DNA of 64,000 bases from Takakia lepidozioides. Taxonomy: Eukaryota > Plantae > Bryophyta. The notes under the pieces are model-generated. The model was given only the letters and a program-made list of their open reading frames with translations, searched no databases and was not told the DNA's origin. Numbering within the stretch: position 1 is the stretch's first letter; the number at the start of each line of letters is the position of its first letter. The stretch is taken from contig CM060734.1 of assembly GCA_030704615.1 (NCBI GenBank), positions 4,898,001 through 4,962,000 of the forward strand, given 5' to 3'. The translations under genes and the position numbers were made by a program. Positions 13,847 to 26,404 of this stretch are shown one piece after another.

Positions 13847-14371
13847 CGCACTTACCAATCACCTCGTCAGATCCGTCCCCAGGTCTGAACCCGTCTCTCC
13901 GTGGAACGTACTATCCGTTTCCCGTCAATGCCCTATGATGTATTAAAATCTTCACCAACAACAAAGTCATTCCTCACATTAATCCACTAAATGCTCTCAA
14001 CCTTGCCGTTCTCCTCATACTGCCTCTGCGACCTAGCAACACAAAGAGAAGCTCAAGAAAGAGACGAACAGGGCTCCAAATGCATTAAAAGCCCCATCAT
14101 CATCTCACACCTACAATGTCTCGAACAATCTGCTTCCCAAGCAGAGCCGAGGAGGGCGCAATCAGGATGCTCAGAGCAGATCGCGGCCATCTCGAATGTC
14201 GGACATGCCAATAGCGGCACAAAGTTCCTAGAGTCCCTAGCGTAAATGGATGAATCTCATTCGTCCGAATGTGGATGCGTTCCCACTTTAGCATCCATTC
14301 AGGGTAAAGATAAAAGCATCTAGAGGAGGGTCTGAGTTCAACTCCAGAAACTGCGTGCGTGGTGATTTTAC

Positions 14372-14973
14372 CAGTGTTGGGCGGTTCTTAGCTTTTTTTA
14401 ACATCCGCCAGGTCCGGATACGTGACAAATTAGAGAATGATATATCCTGCGGATCCGGATATTAGAATAATCTGCATTTCTAATATCCGCCGGTTATGCA
14501 TAGTAGAAGTTCTTTTTAAATGTGCCGGATATAAATAAGTCCGGATATTCAGATTTTAATATCTGGCGGTTATAGAGTAATCCGGATATATGATTTTTTT
14601 CATTTAATCAATTTAAATAATTACAATTCTAATAAAATATTATTTTATTTTATTAATATTTCATCAATATTTTATTTTATTTCCTTAACCCTTCTTATAT
14701 CCAGATCTTGGCTATATATCTAGATACAATCCGTTTATTAATCCTTTTATATCTAGCGGGTAGGATCTTATCCGGATCCTCTGTTTTCCCATCGGAAGGC
14801 AGTAGCCCCTTAGGGTCAAGTGACACCATAAGTTACGCTTGTTTCGGCAACGCGTCTACATTTTTTATGTATCCGCCGGATATAAATAATAGTCGGATAT
14901 CAAATAGCTGTCGGATCCGGATCCACTGGTATCCGGATTGATATCCGGATCACTCTATATCCGCCCAACACTG
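14372..14973. mobile_element. hAT-type MITE (602 bp)
   Basis: Perfect 13-bp TIR CAGTGTTGGGCGG / CCGCCCAACACTG. The 8-bp TSD is GATTTTAC / TATTTTAC (7/8). Many internal CCGGAT/ATCCGG motifs around an AT-rich core. Confidence 0.88.
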
Positions 14974-15626
14974 TATTTTACATGTATATTTATTTAATAT
15001 AAATTCAGTTGCTGGAGCAGGGAGCTTCGAGAAGTGGTTAGGGTTTTGGATATGCCCAAGAGTGAAGGTGCTGTGGAAGAGAGCTCAAGAAGTGCAAGAC
15101 CGAGTGCCCAACGACTATTGGAAGAGCATCGTCACCAATGGCAATGGAAACAATGGACTAGGAGCAATACTGCAAAAACCGAGAGAGAAATGGATCACAA
15201 GAAGGAGAAACATCTACAACAAATAGGAGACAAGAGCTGACGAGTTGTCGTTGTTAAAGGGTTTGTAGATTAGTAAGTCAAGTATCTTTCATATCTCATA
15301 GAATAGACACTTATAAAGAGATGTAATGGTACATTCAAGGACTTCAATACAACGCTTCTATTTTGTCTCAACTCTCTCTCTCTCGTCACTAACGGCTACA
15401 TTATTGTGTTTTCCTACTTTTTGTATCTCTACTTGTATGTCCCATGGTCTGTATTTGGTGTAGTTTTTTAATTATTTATTGGTTTATTTGATGTTGATAT
15501 ATTGTAGTGTCTTTTCCAGTGTATAATTCTTTTTTGCTCTATAAAAATCTATGTAATACTCTACAGTCTTCATAATGCTTTTTAGGATATTTTCTTTGAA
15601 TTCATATGTTGTAGTTCATTTCAGAC

Positions 15627-16850
15627 ATGGCCAAGGATTCGGAGAAGACCCCTACTGCAAAGAAAAGGAAAAAACCAGAAGCAAACCCGTATCGCTCAAA
15701 TATACGAAAGAAATCTGGTTTTACCCCCCGGCCTTCCCCTCCTCCTTTGCTTGTTCATTCATTTCATGAGCCCGAGAGTACCAGTGGCCTCCCCGAGCAC
15801 CGTGTTGATGTGATTGCCCTTCTCTTGGGCCAAGGTGTTGTAGTTGAAGTGGCTCTTGTGCCGGATACTACTGGTACTATGGATGAGTCCACCATTGGGC
15901 CTGCAGTATCTAGCGCTACCCTCTCTCCTTCGTTAGAAGCATTGTATACGAGTAATATAAAGATTTTTCAAGATGGTCCTAGGATGGGCCAATTGGACAT
16001 TGCTCCCGGTGCTTCTCCAACCACCGAGGTTAGGAGGGTTATGACATGTCAATGGGATTTGCTGATCAATGCACAAGAGAGAGAGAGGGTAGAGAGGGGT
16101 CCCATACATGGGGAGGTAGCTAGGCCGCTTGGCCCAAATGATGCTCTTGTTGAAAGATTGGGAAGTTCTTCATGGCATGATGCATCTCATGGTACCCAAG
16201 GCGCCTCTCCCGCTCATGTCCATGATACCTCCATTGGTGGCCAGTCCTCGGCCAGGAAGGGTCTCGCATTTGGCCAGCTCACTGCTGTGACTCTAACTAG
16301 TGGCAGTTGGGAGCAAGCACAACTCATGGCATCTTTGGCGGCAATGGGGGTTCCATTGCCATTAATGGGACAACTTTTGGCACCTGAACTCGAGGTGCCT
16401 AAGATGCCCGCGCTCAGGCCCAGGGATACCATCGCCTCGGAGCATCATGAGGCCAGTATCTCTCTCGCCATTTTGTTGTATTGCCTACTGCATTCTTTTT
16501 GTTTTTGTTGTTTTTATTTGGTTTGTGTACATTAATTGCCTGACAGACAGGTCAAGTGCCGATCACGCTCCTGCTTGACGGGCGTTGGCCTATGCGGTCG
16601 CCCTTTTACACATGGCAATGGGCGACCATATAAGCGGTCGCCGAAGAGTCTGAAAATGCGAGGGTTCGCCACATTCAAAACACAAGCGGTGAAAGCTTGC
16701 ACCGACGGCCAGAGATGGAGGAAGGGAGCCTCCAAGACGCTGAAGCTTATGAAGCCCAACCTCTTAAGCTCCAACAACAGCACCATGAGGGGCAAATGCA
16801 GGCATTCAAGATTGTGCATCATGCAGGCACACTCATATTGGAGCTGAAGC
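15627..16850 (+). other. Unidentified ORF(s), probably a TE-associated remnant
   Basis: 302-aa ORF with a basic, NLS-like N-terminus (KKRKK) and a likely further exon after about 16550. No domain recognised. Confidence 0.3.
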
Positions 16851-18568
16851 TCAAGGGGGCGCTCTCTAGTTTACCTTAGTCTTATGAAAGCAGGAGGTGT
16901 GGCAGAGTCTTATTTGGATATGTTTGACTCTCTCTTCCATCAAAACCCCTGCCTTCTGTGGGATCAAATCAAATCAAAAAACTATACATTTACATGGGAT
17001 CAGCTTGCAAGTGATACCTCTGTAGGGATACACGTATCGAGTGAGGCCAATGCCTCTACATGGGATGTGAAACAGCGATCTGAATTTAGGATAATCAGCC
17101 TTAGACATTCAGGAGTTTGATTTTACCTTCAACGTTCGAGGTGGTAGTTGAGCAATGGCGTCCCGATACTTCTTCACCACCACGGTGCGGAAATGACATA
17201 TCTGGAGATTGGTCCAAGCTTGTTTTTGCCGTCGGTACTTTGTCAAAAATGCAACCTCTTCAGCGCCATGGCCTTCGTGGAGTTGTTGGTCACGCCACGC
17301 CTTCGAACGCTCGATCATCCCATGCAAGGTGTCTTCCGAGCAAACATCCACAACGGGCGTTCAGGTGATCAAATCCATCACCGCCGGCAATGGTAACTCC
17401 GACACTCGAGCATCCTCTCCCACCACGTTCTGCTTCCAGTCAGGATGGGCTTGTGCAGCAAATGTTTGCAATACTTCTGAGGGATGCAACAATATCCAGG
17501 GCAAAATCCCATGATCGCTCACACCTCGGTTTTGCACCCAACGTTTCACAAGCACTTTGAAGGCCTCCTGCACTTCCTCGTTCTCAAACTTGTGCATTCA
17601 CACGCGGGCTTTCGCAAATGCATGCCAAAACCGAGCTCGGTTGTCGGTTGTCACCATCTCATCCTACACCACCACCATGGGTAATTTGAATGTACATTGC
17701 ATTTGATTCACATGGTTTTTGTGTTACACATATATGGTGATATTATGTGTGTATTTGACTTTGGTGTGCCAAAGACAAATGTTTCTATACTACTGTTGTG
17801 GTTATATCATCGAAGAATATCATGCCTGGGTATACCTGCTGAGGTATACTCTGGCATTGTCACATGTCATTCTTTTACATGTACCCTATCAGAATTTCAT
17901 AACGGGGGGGAGGTTCAACACAACTAACCAAATCTGGTGTTGAAATGGACGCATGTGATGCCAACGCTTCGTCCGCTTGCTCAAACTCCAATTGGTGCTT
18001 GTGCAACTCCCTATCGTCGAATGAAGTCCCTTTGTCAGCCACTTGTTCCATTGTGTGCGTGGGCTCATGCATCCCAGATGATAAGGGTAGCAATTCGGTC
18101 GTTGTGCCCTCACTGGCTGTAGCTCCAATGTCTAAAGTCCGAGACCATTGTGTCGTCTATGAAAGATTACTACTGGAAGGGTGAAAAGTGCGAGGGTGAA
18201 CCACCGTGTTCCGTGGAGGTGTACCAAAGTCGTCCTCCCATGCGGACTCGGAGGATATCATACCTGGTTCAAATGGAATGGCAAGCGTCATCCTCAGCCT
18301 TGCCTCGCAAACCTGCCTGTATACTTCGATCGTTCGCTGATCCAAGCAATCCAGCGGGTTGGGGATGTACAAGATGGGAGGCCACTCTTTCACCCTTCGT
18401 GGCACATCCTTGCATAATCCTGGGGGGCGGCATATATATGGATTCTCCCAATTCGCCCAGCCATGTCTATCCTACAATACATACAGCTCCCTTGGTTATC
18501 TACATCATGTCATATACAAAGTGAGACAAAGATCTGTGCATTGTTTCAAAACAAGTAAGAGTCAGCAA

Positions 18569-18651
18569 AGAAGAAGACTCCGGCCGAAGCCGGCGTAACT
18601 AAGAGCCACTTTGTCTTGCGGCTACTACCCCTTTTCAGGGATGGGCCCTAT
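18569..18651 (-). mobile_element. 83-bp retroposed copy of the LINE 3' terminus
   Basis: Similar to 58147-58225, with a (TCT)n tail. Flanked by the 11-bp TSD AGAGTCAGCAA (18558-18568 and 18652-18662). Confidence 0.85.
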
Positions 18652-18846
18652 AGAGTCAGCAATTGAGGAGATGTCACAAACGTCATATAACATAATGATA
18701 TGCCAAGAAGGACTTACCTGAGCCTTTTCGGTACCACGCAATAGAACAAGCCACCAATGTCGGCAAGACCCGGGAGGTTGAACATGGTGGCTGCTGCCTC
18801 TGCAACTGCTCGTTGGCTAGTTCCTGCTTCGAATGGTTGCAAGCCG

Positions 18847-19570
18847 TGTCGCACACCTCAGTTCGGTAAACTCCCCTTCAAGTCATAGTTACTCGCTTTG
18901 ATGCGCGCGCCTGACTCCCAACCTGGCCGCCGGGCCAACTTGGAGTTTCGGCTGCTCACCGGGACATAACGGTCCCCTTCCGCTTCCCTCTAAACCCTCC
19001 ACCTATTTGGGACTAGGAGAATTCCCTTTGGTAGATGGCAGTCCGGAACAGCTCCCCACTCTTTGGTCGCTTTCCGGCTCGCTCGCTTACTCACTAGTTT
19101 TTGGTCACCAACGGGCTTGCACCGTTCTCGGGGTTACTACTCCCTATATATACTTCTGTAGCTGTCCGCGGGGGTTTCATAACCAGCCATGCCATTTTAT
19201 GGCGAACCACCACGAAAACCCTCGACTCCCGGTGGTGAGTCGCGGTGAGTCTTGGCCCACTCACCGCGGCCCCAATGGACCGTGATGAGTCCCAAGACTC
19301 CCCACGACTCCCACCTCGAGGTCTCCACCCCATGGTGAGTCCTATGCCACCCCCACTAAGTCCCACTAAGCTACCACCACCCCTTGTGGAGCCACCTCCA
19401 CCGCAACCCGGTGTGCGGGGCTCCACCTAGTGAGCGCCTCCGCCTCCTTGAGTGCCTTGGGCACTCAAGGGTGCTTCAGCCCCCCATACCTATCGCTGCC
19501 GCTGCCCCCACCACAGAGGCAACCCCTCATGTGTCCCGACCCCCTGCCCTCAAGGCAAAGGGCCGCGACA
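18847..19570 (-). repeat. 3' LTR of the chromovirus
   Basis: Direct repeat of 25096-25819; I see one substitution (near 19517). TG...CA ends. Confidence 0.96.
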
Positions 19571-20476
19571 CACACCCCTACCAACAGGGAGTCGATGTCC
19601 TCATCGACTTGTCCATTTTGTAGAAACGAACATCCAAGTTGTGGCGTCCCACATCAAGGAGTTTGTTTCCGTACCATGGCGTCCCATGGCAAAGAACCAA
19701 ACCCCACACTTGACTCCACTCTCCACTAGCTAGTTCGGCCGACTTCCTCCAAGTCCCGGCCAAGGGTGGAGCCTCTCCAGCTCCTCCCAGTGCACTCTTC
19801 TTGGCCTACTTCAAGGCCAAGGAACGATCCTCCCCGAGGATCGAATCGCCTTACTGCAACAACATTGCTTGCGATCGCTCATGATGCCGCTTTTGGCATC
19901 ACCTTGAGCAAGGGTTCACCTGGAACCCTCTTTGACTAGGAAGATAACCTTGAACCAACCGTGCGCCCCAATCACTACAATTGGGTCCGCCTTGGAAAGC
20001 TGGCCTGAGGTACGGGAACACGCCGAAGCCGCACTACGACTTCGTCCCGAGGCTACACGATTATAGTACGTGAACGGGAGCACGTAGCTTCCGCGTTAGC
20101 CCGCACTACAAGGCAACCCCCTCGGTAGCGCAGTTATAGTACGCGCACGCGCCAGGTGCGCACTAGCACTTGAACTCCCAAATAAGGCGCAAGTTTCCTT
20201 GCCCCTTGGATGGGAGTCACCCGATTTCGGCACTGCGCAAACACACGATTAACCCAATTTACCTCTCCCACTTTTGTAAGCTAGCATGCATTCTACACAC
20301 CAGCCAACCACACCATGCATCACCATTCCAAACACAATAGGACGCACAATATTTGGAACCCATTTCCTTTATCACAAATTTTTGTACAATACAAGTTTTT
20401 GCAATCGGATTCCTGAGCTAGCTAAACCGGGCTAAGCATGCATTTCTTCCCCCACGCTCCAAGGTTGATGTCCCCA

Positions 20477-20887
20477 TCAACGCTTCTTCCGCTTTTGAGG
20501 TCGCCCTTCGAACGCTGCAACTGCCTCGGATGCGTTTCCCATTTCTGAGGCACGCACCCAAGATGCCTCCACAAGATGATAGCCCTTCCATTTGACGAGA
20601 TACTCCGTTTCTCGGTTCTTGAACCTCCTCGACTTAAGTATTGCCTCCACCTCGTACTCGGGTTCATTTTCATGATCCAACAGCATAGGTGGCGGACGCA
20701 ACACTTGCTGCCGATTCGGACGTGCTTCATCTTTGAAGTAAGGCTTCAAAAGGGAGACATGGAATACTGGGTGCAACTTGCTGTTTGCTGGCAGCTCCAA
20801 TTCATACACATCCTCATTCATAACCCTCCGAATGCGAAAGGGACCCGCATACGGAGGTACGAACTTCGGGCTCATTTCCGGAGGTAG
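20477..20887 (-). CDS. Integrase GPF motif and chromodomain, in frame with gag-pol after a single TGA
   Basis: YAGPFRI...HPVFHVSLLKPY...EYEVEAILKSR...YLVKWKGY...SWV, in the same frame as the upstream ORF. Confidence 0.88.
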   Translation of the reverse strand, partial: LPPEMSPKFVPPYAGPFRIRRVMNEDVYELELPANSKLHPVFHVSLLKPYFKDEARPNRQQVLRPPPMLLDHENEPEYEVEAILKSRRFKNRETEYLVKWKGYHLVEASWVRASEMGNASEAVAAFEGRPQKRKKR

Positions 20888-23800
20888 TCAAAAATTCTTG
20901 ATGTTCAACCAGACCTCTGTGTCTGCCTCAAACTTCACTTCCCTCCGCTTCCGATTCGCCTGCCTTTCATACCGTTTCCTAGCTTTGGCAATGTTGTACT
21001 TTGCGAGCTTCAACAAACGCTCGCGTTCTTCCAGTACCGCCGCTACTGCCGGTTCCTCAACGTCCTGGGCGGCCCAACTTGTCGGCACCAGAGGTGCTTT
21101 TCCATAGACCAACACAAAAGGGGAAACTCCCGTCGCGGAGTGTTCTGTGTTATTATAACAGAACTCTGCCGCGTCTAAGTGTTCCATCCAGTCTGATTGG
21201 TCTGCCGACACGTAATTCCGTAAGAATTGCTTCACTACGGAATTCACTCTTTCCGTTTGGCCGTCTGTCGTAGGTCGGAAGGCGGTGCTCATCTTCAGCC
21301 TCGTCCCCATCTTCTTCCAAAGTGCTCTCCAGAATTTACTCGTAAACTTTGGGTCGCGGTCCGAGACAATATCCTTCGGGACTCCATGATGCTTTAAGAC
21401 GTGGGCGAAGTAAAGTCGCCCTGTCTCCTGCGCAGTTGCCGTCTCCTTGGTGGGGATGAAATGGGCCATTTTACTAAACCTATCTACCACCACCATGATT
21501 GCATCGAATCCTTTTGACAGCGGCATAGCAGTCATGAAATCCATCGAGACGCTTTCCCAAGTCCCCTCTGGAATCGGCAAGGGTTGTAACAGCCCCGCTT
21601 GCTTTTTATACTCGCTCCGGTTTTGTTGGCATGTGGTGCATGTCTTTACATACTCCTCTGCCTCCTCCCTCAGTTTGGGCCAGAAATACTCTTTCTTCAA
21701 GAGTGCCGCAGTGCGCTTGGCTCCACCGTGGCCCGCAAGCGGGCTATCATGGCATTCTCTCAAGAGACTATCCCTGATCCCTCCCTTTGGCACATAGAGA
21801 CGTTTTTGCTTATACCGGAGCAGTCCGTTTTGCAAGTGGAACTGCGATTTAACCCCCATTCTCAAGTTCTGCATCACGCACTTTGCCAGCTCATCCTTCC
21901 GGCAAGCCTTCCGGATCTTCCTTTGGAGCGCCGTCTCGCCCTTGTACACCAACAAGAGCTGCTGCTTTCTACTTAAAGCATCGGCCACCACATTGTCCCG
22001 TCCCGGTTTGTACTGGATATCCACGTCGAACACTGCCAAAGTATCTTGCCACCTAAGTTGTTTTGGGGACAACTTGGGCTGCGTGGCAAAATACTTCACC
22101 GTGACATTGTCCGTGAACACCTTCACTGGGTTGGAACCAACATAGTGGCGCCAGAGTTCAAGGCAATGTACCACCGCCTTCATCTCTTTTTCGTGCGTCG
22201 GCCACCGTCGCTCCACTTCATTCAGTTTCTTACTTTCGTAAGCCACTGGACGTCCATCTTGCATAAGTACACCCCCAATTGCGAAGTCCGATGCATCTGT
22301 ATGAATCTCAAACGGACGATCGAACTCCGGGATTTTTAAGACTGGAGCTTCCGTCATCCGCTGCTTCAATTCAGCAAAAGCTTGGCCACAAAATGTGTTC
22401 CATACCCAGACTTTGGATTTACACAGAAGGTCCGACAGCGGCCCCGCGATCTTGGCGAAATTTCTCACATACTTCCGGTAATAGGAGGCGAGTCCTAGGA
22501 AGGATCGCACTCCCGGAACCGAAGTCGGAGGCTCCCAGTCCAAGATCGCCCTCACCTTTCTGTCATCCATTTTGATCCCATCCTGTGTAATCACGTGCCC
22601 CAAGAACTCCACTTTTGTGACCCCGAATTCGCACTTTGAAGCTTTGGCATACAGCTTCCCTTCTCGCAATTTTTGGAACACCCTTTTGAGGTGCTCCAGG
22701 TGCTCCTCCTTTGTTTTCGAGTACACCAAGATGTCGTCGATGTACACGATCACAAAGTCATCCAACCACTCCTGGAAAAGGCTGTTCATCAGCGTGCTAA
22801 ATGTCGCTGGTGCATTGGTGAGCCCAAAAGGCATCACCAAGAACTCATATGAACCATACCTTGTCCTGCACGCGGTCTTCTCCTCATCTCCTTCCGCCAC
22901 CCGAATTTGGTGATAGCCGGAGCGCAAGTCGATCCGGCTGAAATACTTCGCTCCTGCCAACCGATCGAAGAGGTCGTCGATCCTTGGCAAAGGGTACCGG
23001 TTTTTGATAGTCACCTTATTCAGAGCCCTGTAATCGACACACATCCGCAGCGTCCCATCCTTCTTGTCTGCAAATAGCACCGGGGCTCCGTAAGGTGACT
23101 TACTCGGCCGGATGTACCCCTTTGACATTAGATCTTTGAGCTGAGTCTTCAGCTCGACCAACTCTTTGTGGCTCAACCGGTAGGGCGCCTTGGCAGGCGG
23201 TTCCGATCCCGGTATCACCTCAATTTTGTGGTCAACTCCTCTTCGCGGTGGCAAGCCGCTTGGTAAATCCTCCGGCATCACATCCTGGTATTTCTCCAAA
23301 ATCCCCTTGATCCAATCTGGGCTCGGCTCCCCATCGCCTTCTCCTTTCACTTCTCTAATGTAAAGCAAAAACTGGGACTCGTGTGTCTCCTCCACGGCCC
23401 ACTCCTTTGCTGATAGAAGGTTTATTCGCCCTCCCACGGATTTGGGCGTTTCCGACACTCGTAAAACCTCGCCACCATTCCCACATGGCAGCGTGACTAC
23501 TCTCTTGCGGCCATCTATGACCGCTCCGGATTTGCTCAAAAAGGTCATTCCCAAAATGAGATCCACTCCATCGATCTCGCAGATAGTGAAGTTCTCACGT
23601 CCCTCCCAACTCCCCAGTTGAAGAGGAACATCAAACGCCAACCTTGTCGCCAACTGAGGTTCTCCTTTGGCAGAGCGCACCTCAATAGAGGCCCCCACGT
23701 CACTTGTCGGGAGTCCCAACTTTCGCGCCGCCGCCGGCGTCATGAAGGAGTGCGACGCTCCTGTGTCCACCAACAACGACACATTAGTTCCGGATATTAT

Positions 23801-25105
23801 CCCATCCACGAACAATAACTGACTCCCTTTTCGTAAGGCGCCAGTTTCCTGATACAACTCACAAGAAAATTTGCCTACCTTGCAAGTCCTGGCGACCACC
23901 GCTTCCACCAAGCGACTGATGGTATCTTCCGACAGCTCCGTGGTCGCCCGAGTCATGTTCAATTGCCGGGGCTTCGTGCACTTCTTGGCCATGTGCCCGG
24001 GCTCCCCGCAATTGAAACACACTCCATCAAAGGTCGCCTTCTGTCCGCCATAAGTCGCTCCACCCGCTTTTCCTTTCGAAGCACCGGGTGCCGCCTTGAC
24101 GTGTGAAGGACCTCCCTTCGATTTCCACGTGCCATTTTCGCCGCGTGGCCTATCCCACTTCTTTTCCGATCGGGAGGAGTCACCTTCCCGCCGGGTCTTC
24201 TTGTGGTTCAGCTCCGTACGGCCTTGTCTCTCACCCCTAGGGACATCCGAGAAACATTCAGCTCTCTCAATTGCCTCGTTCAAAGTCTTGGGTGGCTTCT
24301 CCTCCAACTTCCGCCTAGCCCATGGGGCCAGTCCCGCCACAAAGTTGAAGACCATTTCTGGTTCTGCCATGTCCGCGACTTCGAGCAACAGCACATTGAA
24401 AGCCTGGACATACCCCCGAATGTCATCTGTTTGCTTCAAATTCCTCATCTTGTCCCGGGCAAGCCAGGACGCGTTGAGGGGCACAAACTGTCTCTTCATC
24501 AATTCCTTGAACTCACTCCAGTTCAAGGTTTCCGGGCTTGGGCCTCGGTCGTGAAGGCGTTTCTGCCACCATTGTTGAGCATAGCCTCTCAAATAGGTGG
24601 GAGCCACTTCCACCCGATCTTCGTCACTCAACTTGGCCGCCCGGAAGTACTGCTCTAGCTCCAGGAGCCAGGTGTTGAGTGCCTTCCGGTTTCGAACGCC
24701 CTCGAAGGTGCCGGGTTCCTTAGGCTTCACCTTAAACTTTGCCTTGGTGGAAGTGGCATTAGCCGCCTTCAACACGTCTTTCAACGTCCCGCCAAACTGC
24801 GCCAACAACCCTTCCCAAAAGGCTGCCGGCATGGGAGGCATCTCTTGGTTTGTCGGAGCTCTCAAAGATTCCTCGGGCTCCGACTCCTCGGATTCCTCCC
24901 GCTCCTGAGCGGCCTCGTTTTCGGAAACATTAATCGCTTCCTCAAACGGCCGCCTCGGTGACACGTCGCCCCCATCGGGCTCACCGGGATCATCATCTTT
25001 TGGGCCGTTCCGCTTTCGTTTCGGCTTGCCCGACCCCATGATGAGGCCAATCCCAAGGACGATTGCGTACTGAACTCTAAGGCTCTGATACCAAGTGTCG
25101 CACAC
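20888..25105 (-). CDS. Gag-Pol polyprotein (Gag, CCHC knuckle, aspartic protease, RT, RNase H, integrase)
   Basis: [51 protein letters not shown]...CTTC, SMDF...SDRD...GQTERVN in a 1405-codon ORF. Confidence 0.96.
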   Translation of the reverse strand: MCDTWYQSLRVQYAIVLGIGLIMGSGKPKRKRNGPKDDDPGEPDGGDVSPRRPFEEAINVSENEAAQEREESEESEPEESLRAPTNQEMPPMPAAFWEGLLAQFGGTLKDVLKAANATSTKAKFKVKPKEPGTFEGVRNRKALNTWLLELEQYFRAAKLSDEDRVEVAPTYLRGYAQQWWQKRLHDRGPSPETLNWSEFKELMKRQFVPLNASWLARDKMRNLKQTDDIRGYVQAFNVLLLEVADMAEPEMVFNFVAGLAPWARRKLEEKPPKTLNEAIERAECFSDVPRGERQGRTELNHKKTRREGDSSRSEKKWDRPRGENGTWKSKGGPSHVKAAPGASKGKAGGATYGGQKATFDGVCFNCGEPGHMAKKCTKPRQLNMTRATTELSEDTISRLVEAVVARTCKVGKFSCELYQETGALRKGSQLLFVDGIISGTNVSLLVDTGASHSFMTPAAARKLGLPTSDVGASIEVRSAKGEPQLATRLAFDVPLQLGSWEGRENFTICEIDGVDLILGMTFLSKSGAVIDGRKRVVTLPCGNGGEVLRVSETPKSVGGRINLLSAKEWAVEETHESQFLLYIREVKGEGDGEPSPDWIKGILEKYQDVMPEDLPSGLPPRRGVDHKIEVIPGSEPPAKAPYRLSHKELVELKTQLKDLMSKGYIRPSKSPYGAPVLFADKKDGTLRMCVDYRALNKVTIKNRYPLPRIDDLFDRLAGAKYFSRIDLRSGYHQIRVAEGDEEKTACRTRYGSYEFLVMPFGLTNAPATFSTLMNSLFQEWLDDFVIVYIDDILVYSKTKEEHLEHLKRVFQKLREGKLYAKASKCEFGVTKVEFLGHVITQDGIKMDDRKVRAILDWEPPTSVPGVRSFLGLASYYRKYVRNFAKIAGPLSDLLCKSKVWVWNTFCGQAFAELKQRMTEAPVLKIPEFDRPFEIHTDASDFAIGGVLMQDGRPVAYESKKLNEVERRWPTHEKEMKAVVHCLELWRHYVGSNPVKVFTDNVTVKYFATQPKLSPKQLRWQDTLAVFDVDIQYKPGRDNVVADALSRKQQLLLVYKGETALQRKIRKACRKDELAKCVMQNLRMGVKSQFHLQNGLLRYKQKRLYVPKGGIRDSLLRECHDSPLAGHGGAKRTAALLKKEYFWPKLREEAEEYVKTCTTCQQNRSEYKKQAGLLQPLPIPEGTWESVSMDFMTAMPLSKGFDAIMVVVDRFSKMAHFIPTKETATAQETGRLYFAHVLKHHGVPKDIVSDRDPKFTSKFWRALWKKMGTRLKMSTAFRPTTDGQTERVNSVVKQFLRNYVSADQSDWMEHLDAAEFCYNNTEHSATGVSPFVLVYGKAPLVPTSWAAQDVEEPAVAAVLEERERLLKLAKYNIAKARKRYERQANRKRREVKFEADTEVWLNIKNF
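25081..25093 (-). promoter_or_regulatory. Primer-binding site complementary to the initiator tRNA-Met 3' end
   Basis: TGGTATCAGAGCC on the minus strand, 2 nt inside the 5' LTR boundary. Confidence 0.92.
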
Positions 25106-25819
25106 CTCAGTTCGGTAAACTCCCCTTCAAGTCATAGTTACTCGCTTTGATGCGCGCGCCTGACTCCCAACCTGGCCGCCGGGCCAACTTGGAGTTTCGG
25201 CTGCTCACCGGGACATAACGGTCCCCTTCCGCTTCCCTCTAAACCCTCCACCTATTTGGGACTAGGAGAATTCCCTTTGGTAGATGGCAGTCCGGAACAG
25301 CTCCCCACTCTTTGGTCGCTTTCCGGCTCGCTCGCTTACTCACTAGTTTTTGGTCACCAACGGGCTTGCACCGTTCTCGGGGTTACTACTCCCTATATAT
25401 ACTTCTGTAGCTGTCCGCGGGGGTTTCATAACCAGCCATGCCATTTTATGGCGAACCACCACGAAAACCCTCGACTCCCGGTGGTGAGTCGCGGTGAGTC
25501 TTGGCCCACTCACCGCGGCCCCAATGGACCGTGATGAGTCCCAAGACTCCCCACGACTCCCACCTCGAGGTCTCCACCCCATGGTGAGTCCTATGCCACC
25601 CCCACTAAGTCCCACTAAGCTACCACCACCCCTTGTGGAGCCACCTCCACCGCAACCCGGTGTGCGGGGCTCCACCTAGTGAGCGCCTCCGCCTCCTTGA
25701 GTGCCTTGGGCACTCAAGGGTGCTTCAGCCCCCCATACCTATCGCTGCCGCTGCCCCCACCACAGGGGCAACCCCTCATGTGTCCCGACCCCCTGCCCTC
25801 AAGGCAAAGGGCCGCGACA
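25096..25819 (-). repeat. 5' LTR of the chromovirus
   Basis: Direct repeat of 18847-19570, immediately followed on the minus strand by the PBS. Confidence 0.96.
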
Positions 25820-25958
25820 AGCCGTGTACGTCACCCCATCGCATATTACTATCCCCCCGTATAAGCAAGTGTTTGTCTTTGATCTCCGTCACAATCACCT
25901 TCTGTACGCTGTCCACAATGATCCATGTTTCAGCATGTGCCATCGAACACAATGCCAA

Positions 25959-26030
25959 GGGGAATGCTTGCGCATGAGCCTGTGAGCCTGGCTAGGCTCA
26001 CGCCACGTCAGCAATCATCCACGTGTGCAG
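25959..26030. mobile_element. Probable terminus of a third related MULE-like element
   Basis: GCATGAGCCTGTGAGCC...GCTCACGCCACGTCA closely resembles the inner MULE ends (35510-35575 and the reverse complement of 46080-46146). No partner end found in the window. Confidence 0.45.
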
Positions 26031-26404
26031 GTCCTAATTCCGTGCTCCCCCCCCCCCTCCCTATTACCGCGGATCAGTTGTCGCCTATGTCCCTTTCATC
26101 GCCCCCACATGAATATTCTTTCCGACCGAGAACAATGGTAGGTTTGTGGATGGTTTAGGATCGAGGACATGATTTTTGAATTAGGAGATCACCCGCTAGA
26201 GAATTGAATATTAACAGCAAACCCTTTTTTTTGCAAAGTAGTTCATTCATTCCAACCCACAAACATTTTTCAAATGCTGGAATCTGAAGACCTACCCCAG
26301 GCAATCCCTAACTGTACTTACGGGAACGCGCGAAGATCTTGAAAAACAGTTTGGGGATGGAAGCAAAACCAAAATACATTTTATTAAGTCTCGGTACTTG
26401 AACC

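Larger units (their letters stand above)
18847..25819 (-). mobile_element. Full-length, very recent Ty3/gypsy chromovirus LTR retrotransposon
   Basis: Two 724-bp LTRs (TGTCGC...GCGACA), 5-bp TSD AGCCG (18842-18846 and 25820-25824), tRNA-iMet PBS and a gag-pol ORF with a chromodomain. Confidence 0.97.
17109..25958 (-). pseudogene. Unidentified multi-exon gene remnant split by the chromovirus
   Basis: Removing the LTR element and one TSD joins 25958-25825 to 18846-18718 as one open frame (..RWGDVHG|LQPFEAGTSQRAVAEAAATMFNLPGLADIGGLFYCVVPKRL) ending at a GTAAGT donor. Further open segments lie at about 18470-17100. Product not recognised. Confidence 0.35.

Noticed and set aside
21001-24908. Plus-strand ORFs within the chromovirus
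   Set aside because: They are antisense shadows of gag-pol with no independent motifs.
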